From Treponema sp. (GTDB lineage: Bacteria > Spirochaetota > Spirochaetia > Treponematales > Breznakiellaceae), in assembly GCA_031280155.1 (NCBI GenBank), contig JAITHD010000199.1, forward strand, positions 1 through 53,930: 53,930 nt of DNA. Reading direction: 5' to 3'. This document shows positions 46,975-53,930 of the stretch, piece by piece. Both the position numbers and the translations under genes were made by a program. The notes beneath the pieces are model-generated. The model saw only the letters and a list, made by a program, of their open reading frames with translations, was not told the DNA's origin and did not search any database. Numbering within the stretch: position 1 is the first letter of the stretch; each line of letters starts with the position of its first letter.

Positions 46975-48024
46975 ATGAAGTATTACGCCACGTTTGTTTC
47001 GGGGATGCAGGAGTTAGTTTCTCAAATCGTGTATTCCCGATTGGCTGACGCGCATATAACCGCGCTCCTTGACGGAGCGGTTATATTTGAGACCTCCTGT
47101 CCTTACAGTAATCTGAATTTTTTCTGTTTCAACAACATATTTTCTGTTATTGATTATATTAAAACCGCGCCGGACCAAAAATCAATAGAACTGCACATTA
47201 AAAAAATAGTAAGTCTTGCCAAAGGTTTGGAGTTTGATCCTAATATAAACCGTATTACTTCTTTTCGGGTTATTACTTCCTATGAAAATCAGCTTGTTCA
47301 TATACAGGAAGACCTGAAAAAGGCTGTTGAAAAAGTCATCGCCAAAAGGATGCATTTAAACGTAAACCGCAGTAATCCTGATACGGAGTATTGGTTTTTA
47401 GTCCGCAGTGAAGGATTTTCTATTTTTATGAAACGCCTGACCCGCCGGAGTCGGGAAAAAGTCCCGCGCAAAGGTGAATTAGCCCCTGAACTGGCGTATA
47501 TGATGTGCCGGCTTTCAGAGCCTGATAAAAACGACGTGGTTATGGACCCTTTTTGCGGCTACGGCGCGATTCCCTATCAGCGGCTCAAACGCTTTCCCTT
47601 ACGGCGATTCTATATGTTTGACCGGGACAACAAGGTTCTGGCAATAGCGAAACAAACCGTTCATGCCAAAGGATCGCGTCTATGCTTAGTACAGCGGATT
47701 GATGCATACGATCTGCCGTCGCTCCTGCCTGATCAGAGTATTGATAAAATAATAACGGATCCTCCTTGGGGACTGTATGAACCCCTGCCCTGCGAGGCTG
47801 AACAATTTTATCGAGATATTCTGGGGATTTTCACCAGACTTCTCAAGCCAAAGGGACTCATAATTCTTCTGACCGCCAGAGAAGAAGAATTATGTAACGC
47901 TCTGACAGATATTCCGCTGTTACAAGTAACAAAAAGAATAGCTATTCTGGTTTCCGGAAAAAAAGCCGGTATTTTTTGTATCCTCAAAACAGATTCTTAC
48001 TCTGGTTTTTCCTTGAATCGGTAG
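46975..48024 (+). CDS. THUMP-domain RNA methyltransferase (SAM-dependent, DPPW-type N-methylase)
   Basis: SAM motif I is VMDPFCGYGAIP and motif IV is IITDPPWG. The N-terminal THUMP-like region begins MKYYATFVSGMQELV. I prefer the ATG at 46975 over the track TTG at 46918. Confidence 0.8.
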   Translation: MKYYATFVSGMQELVSQIVYSRLADAHITALLDGAVIFETSCPYSNLNFFCFNNIFSVIDYIKTAPDQKSIELHIKKIVSLAKGLEFDPNINRITSFRVITSYENQLVHIQEDLKKAVEKVIAKRMHLNVNRSNPDTEYWFLVRSEGFSIFMKRLTRRSREKVPRKGELAPELAYMMCRLSEPDKNDVVMDPFCGYGAIPYQRLKRFPLRRFYMFDRDNKVLAIAKQTVHAKGSRLCLVQRIDAYDLPSLLPDQSIDKIITDPPWGLYEPLPCEAEQFYRDILGIFTRLLKPKGLIILLTAREEELCNALTDIPLLQVTKRIAILVSGKKAGIFCILKTDSYSGFSLNR

Positions 48025-48698
48025 CCCACGCCCCGGACGGTTTCAATCAGATTCCCTGAAAAACCCAGTTTTTTACGCAGTGAGAGAATCTGTACGTCAA
48101 CGGAACGGTCTGTTACAGGATAATCAGCGCCGTGCATTGCGGTGATAAGCTGATTTCTGGAGAAAACCCGCTGAGGATAGGCTAAAAAATGCCCCAGCAG
48201 CGCAAATTCCGTAGCCGAAAGATCAAGCCTGCGGTCCGCGTCAAACGCTTCGTGCCGGGAACGATCAAGGATGAGGGTTCCCCGGCGGATCACTGGGTCT
48301 TGAGGGTTTTCTTGGGCTTCTTCACGCCGCCGCAGGGCAGTCCGTATCCGGGCGGTGAGAACTCTTGGGCTGTAGGGTTTGACCACATAATCATCGGCGC
48401 CCAGTTCAAGACCGGTAACAATATCTGATTCTTCTCCTTTTGCAGTGGTAAGAATCACCGGAATTCCCCGGAGTTTTGGGTCCGCGCGAATCTTCTTGAG
48501 GGTTTTAAATCCATCTATTCCGGGCAGCATAATATCCAGCAGGATGCAGTCAACCTCAGTGTTTTTCAGGGACCTCAGTCCTTCTTCCCCGGTTTTCACG
48601 GGTATCAGTTTCCACCCTTCCGAGGCGAACCCCAAAGCGAGCAGTTCCTGAATATCCTCGTCATCTTCAATGATCAAAATAACCGCTTTATCCACCAA
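47997..48698 (-). CDS. phoB: OmpR/PhoB-family response regulator, PhoB-like
   Basis: 233 aa. Contains ILIIEDDEDI, ILLDIMLPGIDGF and LTAKGEESDIVTGLELGADDYVVKPYSPRVLTARI (very close to E. coli PhoB [35 protein letters not shown]), plus a winged-helix C-terminus ...RGVGYRF. Confidence 0.9.
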   Translation of the reverse strand: MVDKAVILIIEDDEDIQELLALGFASEGWKLIPVKTGEEGLRSLKNTEVDCILLDIMLPGIDGFKTLKKIRADPKLRGIPVILTTAKGEESDIVTGLELGADDYVVKPYSPRVLTARIRTALRRREEAQENPQDPVIRRGTLILDRSRHEAFDADRRLDLSATEFALLGHFLAYPQRVFSRNQLITAMHGADYPVTDRSVDVQILSLRKKLGFSGNLIETVRGVGYRFKEKPE

Positions 48699-48704
48699 GC
48701 AGCC

Positions 48705-49364
48705 TCACTTGTTCAGTTCTTCATGCGTTCCATTTACCATATAAATCACGGCTTCGCAGATATTGGTCCCGTGATCCCCAAGGCGCTCCAGAAATCCAGA
48801 GGTGTTGAGGAGGCGCACCGCTTTTTTGACAAGTTCCGGGCGTTTCTTCATTAATTTCAGCACTTCCTCAGTCAGCAGTTTGTGTTCTGCGTCAATATCG
48901 TCGTCTAAAGCCGCGGCTTTTCTGGCGGCTTCAGCGTCTTGGTTTAAGTATGCGGAAACCCCGGAACGAATCATTTCTTTGCCGGTTTGAGCCATGCGTG
49001 TAAGATGCTCAGTTGAACGAAACAGCGGAGACCCTGAAAGTTTCGCCGCCGCTTTCGCAAGATGCACCGCGTGATCCCCGATGCGCTCAAGATTGCTGGT
49101 GAGTTTGAAAATAGTCACCAGTTCCCGCAAATCCCTTGCCACAGGCTGCTGAGTCGCTATCAGTATAGCCGCTTCGTCTTCGATCTTGATCTGCATCGCG
49201 TTGATTACCGCATCTCCGGCTTTTACCGTCTTTGCCAGTTCTTTATCATTATGCTGTAACGCAATCAAGGCTTTTCCTAAATCTTCCTCAACCATCGTAG
49301 CCATCGTCAGGATATCGTGGCGGAGCTTGTTCAGAGCTTCCAAAAATACAATCCGTGTCTGCAT
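48705..49364 (-). CDS. phoU: Phosphate signalling regulator PhoU
   Basis: Two PhoU repeats with E/D..ND and RIGDHA motifs (LERIGDHAVHLAK and LERLGDHGTNICE). I prefer the ATG at 49364 (MQTRIVFLEAL..., AGGA upstream), because the track start at 49391 sits inside the putative promoter/Pho-box region. Confidence 0.9.
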   Translation of the reverse strand: MQTRIVFLEALNKLRHDILTMATMVEEDLGKALIALQHNDKELAKTVKAGDAVINAMQIKIEDEAAILIATQQPVARDLRELVTIFKLTSNLERIGDHAVHLAKAAAKLSGSPLFRSTEHLTRMAQTGKEMIRSGVSAYLNQDAEAARKAAALDDDIDAEHKLLTEEVLKLMKKRPELVKKAVRLLNTSGFLERLGDHGTNICEAVIYMVNGTHEELNK

Positions 49365-49399
49365 AGATTCCTTACTGTGTATAAAATACATGGTTTTAT

Positions 49400-49438
49400 T
49401 GTTAGGATATTATGAAGGTATGATGAAAAAACCATTAA
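49400..49438 (-). promoter_or_regulatory. Pho-box-like array: four hexamers at exact 11-bp phasing upstream of phoU-phoB
   Basis: The minus strand reads TTAATG-gtttt-TTCATC-atacc-TTCATA-atatc-CTAACA. The hexamers are the complements of 49433-38, 49422-27, 49411-16 and 49400-05. The pattern resembles the Bacillus PhoP~P site TT(A/T/C)ACA-N5 and the general OmpR/PhoB direct-repeat logic. Confidence 0.45.
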
Positions 49439-49506
49439 AAAATCCGGTTTCCTCAGCAGTATCAACGCATAACCGGTAATGCAAGCCTCGATGCAGGGCG
49501 GGTTTT

Positions 49507-49770
49507 TCACGCTTTGCTCCAAAGGTCCCCTTCAGGACTGGGACAGCCGGCGTTTTTAAGCCGCGCCCGAAACACTACCAAGCATCCGCAGTGAGCGCAT
49601 AAAATCTGTTCCCGCAGCGCGCTGCATTCGCCGCACCGGTCAAGCCGTTCTGCATAAACCGATGCTTCCGCCCGCAGTTTCGGGGAAATAGGTATCTCCG
49701 CCCCAAGGGATGCGGCTTGTTCCGGAGTCAAAAGAGGCGGAACCGTACCGCACCGAGGACAGGGTTTCAT
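49507..49770 (-). CDS. Small cysteine-rich protein (putative zinc-binding), function unknown
   Basis: 87 aa. Cys pattern is CPRCG ... CGEC ... [20 protein letters not shown]. The start ATG overlaps the abfA stop (ATGA), so it is translationally coupled. Confidence 0.6.
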   Translation of the reverse strand: MKPCPRCGTVPPLLTPEQAASLGAEIPISPKLRAEASVYAERLDRCGECSALREQILCAHCGCLVVFRARLKNAGCPSPEGDLWSKA

Positions 49771-51245
49771 GAAAATTCCAAAACCGCTACGGATTTCGCC
49801 GGCAGCGTAACGATTGCCCCGCCGCGGTCAATCTGTACCGTCTTGAAATCAGCGGGTTTTACCGCCTCGGGGCAATCAAAATCATTGTGATCCCCTATGG
49901 ATTCAGCGGTCAGAACCTGCCCTGAAATAACCGATGAAGCGCTGAGAGAAATCCCTCGAAGCTCAACCTTAACTTGCTGTTCCTGCCGAGGATCCGCATT
50001 GGTTAGAGAAAGATGCAGCCGGTTGTCTCGGTCTATTGAGGCACTGGCGCTTATGGACGGCAGTTCTCCTGCATAGGTCAAGATTTCGCTCTCAACAAAA
50101 ACCGGCAGTTTTACCGCGTCCTGATGAACTTTATACATATCAAAAACATGATACGTCGGCGTAAGGATCATTTTAGGTCCTTCGGTGAGGATTACCGCTT
50201 GAAGCACATTGAGAGTTTGGGCGATGTTCGCCATAGCTATTCGTTCCGCATAGTTGTTGAAAATATTGAGATGGATTCCCGCGACCAGCGCGTCTCGCAG
50301 GGTGTTTTGCTGGTAGAGAAAGCCCGGATTGGTTCCGCTTTCCACATCATACCAGGTTCCCCATTCATCAACAACAAGTCCTACTTTCCGTTTGGGATCG
50401 AACTCATCCATGATTGCTCCGTGACTGCGTACCAGTTCTTCCATGCGGGACGCTTTCCGCAGGGTAATAAGCCATTCAGCTTCGGTAAAGTTTAGGGCTG
50501 AACCCTTATGAGACCATTCCCCGGGGACTGTGTAGTAATGGAGCGAAAGTCCATGCATAGCGGAACCTGCTTTTTCCATCAGTACCCTTGTCCAGTTATA
50601 ATCGTCAGTGTTTGGTCCGCAGGCTATTTTATACAGACGAGTATCGCCGTAGGCTCTGGCGTAACAGGCATAGCGCCGATAGTTATCCGCGTAGAATTCA
50701 GGGGTCATAGCGCCGCCGCAGCCCCAGTTTTCATTGCCGATACCCCAGAACCGCACCTTCCAAGGTTTTTCGCGTCCGTTTTTTCCGCGTAAATTCGACA
50801 TCGGACTTATTCCGTCAAAATTGCAGTATTCTACCCATTGGGACAGTTCCTGTACCGTGCCGCTCCCAACATTACCGCAGATATACGGCTCGCATCCTAA
50901 CTGTCCGCACAGATCAAGAAACTCATGAGTACCGAAACTGTTGTCTTCAGTAACGCCTCCCCAATGGGTATTTACCATCTTGGGTCTTTCGGCGCTGGGA
51001 CCGATGCCGTCTTTCCAGTGATATTCGTCAGCGAAACATCCTCCGGGCCAGCGGAGATTAGGGATTTTAATCCGCCGCAGAGCCGCCACAACGTCATTGC
51101 GGAGTCCTCTGGTATTCGGAATCGGCGAATCTCCTACCCAAAATCCGCCGTAAATGCAGCGCCCTAAATGTTCTGAAAAATGCCCGTAGATGTGACGGCT
51201 GATGGTATGTTCTCCATCCTGAGTTTTTACTACGATTCTGTTCAT
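49767..51245 (-). CDS. abfA: Alpha-L-arabinofuranosidase, GH51
   Basis: Contains [36 protein letters not shown] and [12 protein letters not shown] (acid/base Glu context). I prefer the ATG at 51245 ([11 protein letters not shown]...), giving about 493 aa, typical of GH51. The track start at 51326 adds 27 atypical residues. Confidence 0.93.
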   Translation of the reverse strand: MNRIVVKTQDGEHTISRHIYGHFSEHLGRCIYGGFWVGDSPIPNTRGLRNDVVAALRRIKIPNLRWPGGCFADEYHWKDGIGPSAERPKMVNTHWGGVTEDNSFGTHEFLDLCGQLGCEPYICGNVGSGTVQELSQWVEYCNFDGISPMSNLRGKNGREKPWKVRFWGIGNENWGCGGAMTPEFYADNYRRYACYARAYGDTRLYKIACGPNTDDYNWTRVLMEKAGSAMHGLSLHYYTVPGEWSHKGSALNFTEAEWLITLRKASRMEELVRSHGAIMDEFDPKRKVGLVVDEWGTWYDVESGTNPGFLYQQNTLRDALVAGIHLNIFNNYAERIAMANIAQTLNVLQAVILTEGPKMILTPTYHVFDMYKVHQDAVKLPVFVESEILTYAGELPSISASASIDRDNRLHLSLTNADPRQEQQVKVELRGISLSASSVISGQVLTAESIGDHNDFDCPEAVKPADFKTVQIDRGGAIVTLPAKSVAVLEFS

Positions 51246-51355
51246 AACCTCGTCCTTTTTATTGATAATAATATGTTTTATGCCGTGAATGGTGAATATT
51301 ATATATAACCAGTCAATATATTTCAAGTATTATTGAAACTGCCGATACAAACTAT

Positions 51356-52657
51356 ATGTATATCAAAGATCAATGCGCCTTAACCCCGCCTATGGGCTGG
51401 AATAGCTGGGACTGTTACGCCGCTACGGTTACGGAAGAACAGCTTCTGCAAAACGCCGAGTATATGCGGAAAAATCTCCTGTCTTTTGGGTGGGAATATA
51501 TTGTATGCGACATCCAATGGTATGAGCCGCTTGCCGGTACTGGAGAGGGCGAATATCGATCTTTTGCGTATCTCCACATGGACGAATATTCCCGATTGAT
51601 TCCCGCGGAAAACCGTTTTCCCAGCGCTACTGACGGAAAGGGTTTTGGTCCTATCGCTGAAAAGATTCATAAAATGGGCTTGAAATTCGGGATCCATATT
51701 ATGCGGGGCATTCCCCGGCAGGCGGTGCATGAGCGGACCGCCATTAAAACGCCCTTCAAAACCGCGGATAAAATCGCGGATCCCTTTTCAATATGCCGGT
51801 GGAATTCAGATATGTACGGCGTAGACCCTTCAAAATCCGGGTCCCAAGAATATTACAACTCTCTTTTTGAGTTGTACGCTTCTTGGGGAGTGGACTATGT
51901 AAAGGTTGACGACATCTGCAATACCAATATGTACCCTCATGCGCCGTATTCAGGAAAAAAAGAGATTGAACTCATCCGCAACGCTATCGACGCCTGCGGA
52001 CGTCCTATGGTTTTGAGTTTGTCTCCAGGTCCGGCTTTGATCCAAGAGGCTTGGCATCTTGTAAAAAACGCCAATATGTGGCGGATTACCGATGATTTCT
52101 GGGATACATGGCCCCTTCTATTAGATATGTTCCGCCGGTGCGAGCTCTGGCAAGCCCATGTACGCGCCGGTTCTTGGCCCGACTGCGATATGCTTCCTCT
52201 GGGGTATATTGGGCTTGGCTTCAAACGTCCCCGGTATACTAATTTTACCCGAGACGAACAGATTACGCTGATGACCCTGTGGTGTATATTCAGGTCTCCC
52301 CTTATGATGGGAGGAGTTCTGCCGGATAATGACGAATGGACCTTGTCGCTGCTGACGAATAAAGAAGTGCTGGATGTGCTGAAGCTGGGGCGCAATCCCC
52401 GGCAGATTTATCGGAACAGCGAGCAGGCTATATGGGCTAGTTCAGCCGGAAAAGGCGCTGTCAATCTTGCGCTCTTTAACCTTGGGGAAACTCCCCGGAT
52501 CATTCATTGTCCTCTCAGACTTCTGAGCATAGATCGGGCGGACCTGCGGGACCTCTGGGCTGGGCTGGATAGGGATCGGGTTGTCGGCGAAATCACTGCT
52601 GAACTTGTTCCCCATGGAGCGGCGCTGTTTCGGGTTTCACCGCAAAACAAAGGATAA
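51356..52657 (+). CDS. GH27-family glycosidase (alpha-galactosidase / beta-L-arabinopyranosidase type)
   Basis: 433 aa. The N-terminus is TPPMGWNSWDCY. The nucleophile context is GVDYVKVDDICN, and SLSPG is also present. No signal peptide is visible. Confidence 0.88.
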   Translation: MYIKDQCALTPPMGWNSWDCYAATVTEEQLLQNAEYMRKNLLSFGWEYIVCDIQWYEPLAGTGEGEYRSFAYLHMDEYSRLIPAENRFPSATDGKGFGPIAEKIHKMGLKFGIHIMRGIPRQAVHERTAIKTPFKTADKIADPFSICRWNSDMYGVDPSKSGSQEYYNSLFELYASWGVDYVKVDDICNTNMYPHAPYSGKKEIELIRNAIDACGRPMVLSLSPGPALIQEAWHLVKNANMWRITDDFWDTWPLLLDMFRRCELWQAHVRAGSWPDCDMLPLGYIGLGFKRPRYTNFTRDEQITLMTLWCIFRSPLMMGGVLPDNDEWTLSLLTNKEVLDVLKLGRNPRQIYRNSEQAIWASSAGKGAVNLALFNLGETPRIIHCPLRLLSIDRADLRDLWAGLDRDRVVGEITAELVPHGAALFRVSPQNKG

Positions 52658-52713
52658 ACCCTTGTATTATTCGTACATAGTATGCTATTGTTTAAATAAC
52701 GTGTGGAGGTTGT

Positions 52714-53706
52714 ATGGCAAGACCGGTTACGTTATTTTCTGGACAGTGGGCGGATCTGGGTTTTGAGGAACTGTGCAAAAAGATTAAATCTTTTGGGTAT
52801 GACGGTGTAGAAATCGCCTGTTGGGGGGATCATCTTGACCCAAAGAAAGGGGCTGGAGATTCGGGGTATATCGAAAACCGCAAGAGAATTCTTGCGGATC
52901 ATGGATTGTCATGCTGGGCGATCAGCGGGCATCTTCCGGGGCAGTGCGTAGGGGATCTGTGGGACCCCAGACTTGACGGTTTCGCTCCTAACCGATATGC
53001 GGGACAGCCTGAAAAAATTAGGGAATGGGCGATTCAGGAGATGAAATATATTGCCCAGACTGCTAAAAACATGGGCGTCAACGTGGTTACCGGCTTTATG
53101 GGAAGCCCTATATGGAAGTACTGGTATTCCTTTCCCCAGACCAGTGAAGGCATGATCGATACGGCTTTCAAGGAAATTGCAGCGTTGTGGACCCCGATTT
53201 TCGATGAATATGACAAAAACGGCGTAAAGTTTGCACTGGAAGTACATCCTACAGAGATCGCTTTTGACTATTACACTGCGGAACGGCTGCTTAAAGAGTT
53301 TAACTATCGTCCAACCTTGGGGTTCAACTTCGATCCGTCTCATCTTATCTGGCAAGGGGTAAATCCAGTCCTGTTTATTCGGGATTTTAAGGAGCGGATT
53401 TATCATGTACACATGAAAGACGCGGCGGTTGTCTTGGACGGCAGGGCGGGGATTCTCGGTTCTCACCTGACCTTCGGCGATACCCGTCGGGGCTGGAATT
53501 TCCGTTCTCTGGGACACGGAGACGTGGATTTTGAGAATATCCTCAGAGAATTGAATGTAATCCGCTATCAGGGCCCTCTGTCGGTAGAGTGGGAAGATTC
53601 TGGGATGGACCGGGAATTCGGCGCTCAAGAAGCCTGCGAATATGTGCGGAAAATCGATTTCGCTCCTTCTGCTGTCGCGTTTGACGATGCGCTGAAAAAG
53701 GATTGA
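52714..53706 (+). CDS. Sugar phosphate isomerase/epimerase (xylose-isomerase-like TIM barrel)
   Basis: 330 aa. Contains GYDGVEIACWGDHLD..., FALEVHPTEIAFD, GFNFDPSHLIWQG, YHVHMKDA and LSVEWED, which are the metal-ligand contexts typical of this fold. Confidence 0.85.
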   Translation: MARPVTLFSGQWADLGFEELCKKIKSFGYDGVEIACWGDHLDPKKGAGDSGYIENRKRILADHGLSCWAISGHLPGQCVGDLWDPRLDGFAPNRYAGQPEKIREWAIQEMKYIAQTAKNMGVNVVTGFMGSPIWKYWYSFPQTSEGMIDTAFKEIAALWTPIFDEYDKNGVKFALEVHPTEIAFDYYTAERLLKEFNYRPTLGFNFDPSHLIWQGVNPVLFIRDFKERIYHVHMKDAAVVLDGRAGILGSHLTFGDTRRGWNFRSLGHGDVDFENILRELNVIRYQGPLSVEWEDSGMDREFGAQEACEYVRKIDFAPSAVAFDDALKKD

Positions 53707-53714
53707 GCCGCATG

Positions 53715-53760
53715 GCAATAGAGAGGCTCTATTCTCTATTGCTTCTGCAAATCCGCAGAA
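53715..53760 (+). terminator. Two consecutive hairpins after the isomerase gene (possible terminator)
   Basis: The first is GCAATAGAGA (53715-24) / TCTCTATTGC (53733-42), a 10-bp stem with an 8-nt loop. The second is TTCTGC/GCAGAA (53743-53760). There is no clean T-tract. Confidence 0.45.
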
Positions 53761-53930
53761 GGCTTTAATTGCACAAAATCATTTCAGATAATTTTAACCG
53801 CCCTTTCGCATAAGTCCCCACCCCTTGTGCCTGCGGCTTTTGCTGCGAGGCGTTGCGGAATACGCGGACGGTGTAGTCCAACGCCGGAACTTCCTATTCC
53901 GGTGAAGCTGAACCTGAACACAATATTCCA

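Noticed and set aside
52909-53718. 269-aa minus-strand ORF antisense to the TIM-barrel isomerase gene
   Set aside because: The plus-strand product has recognisable xylose-isomerase-like motifs along its whole length. The antisense translation is Arg/Pro/Phe-rich with no motif or SD.
1-53930. Scan for tRNA/rRNA genes, CRISPR arrays, IS elements/transposases, integrons, toxin-antitoxin pairs and known defence systems
   Set aside because: None was recognised. The two tyrosine recombinases are housekeeping Xer-type genes embedded in conserved operons without flanking repeats or cargo. The intergenic regions are short and are explained by promoters and terminators.

Overview
This window looks like a chromosomal segment of a spirochaete (Treponema/Spirochaeta-like), judged from the FlaB core flagellin, the FlaA sheath paralogues and gene order resembling Borrelia/Treponema. 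It is densely coding. From about 27.7 kb down to 4.2 kb, one uninterrupted minus-strand gene string runs through a compact dcw cluster (rsmH-ftsL-murF-mraY-ftsW-ftsQ-ftsA-ftsZ), xerD, a TPR protein, dprA, topA, xerC, hslV-hslU and flgB-flgC-fliE-fliF-fliG-fliH-fliI-fliJ. To its left lie a GH73-type lipoprotein, flaB (with a sigma-28 promoter and a CsrA-type leader) and a partial metH that the ORF track misses. To its right lie a flaA paralogue pair, a membrane-anchored unknown, sdaAB/sdaAA and rnhA. Then comes the least ordinary block: a 1307-aa lipoprotein built of 12 x 84-aa tandem repeats, translationally coupled to a LysM protein carrying the same module, followed by a REC-GGDEF regulator and a secreted unknown. 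After that come tig-clpP-clpX-lon, a split pho regulatory set (phoR / convergent THUMP methyltransferase / phoB-phoU with Pho-box-like repeats) and a small glycan-utilisation set (GH51, GH27, TIM-barrel isomerase). I saw no rRNA, tRNA, CRISPR, transposase, integrase cassette or prophage. The main annotation corrections from reading the sequence are these. ftsA must start upstream of its first canonical start codon. Several track ORFs are over-extended at the 5' end: flgB, ftsZ, ftsQ, rsmH, the second flaA, the secreted unknown at 38628-39659, phoU, abfA, phoR and the methyltransferase. All homology statements come from motif recognition by eye, not from database searches.
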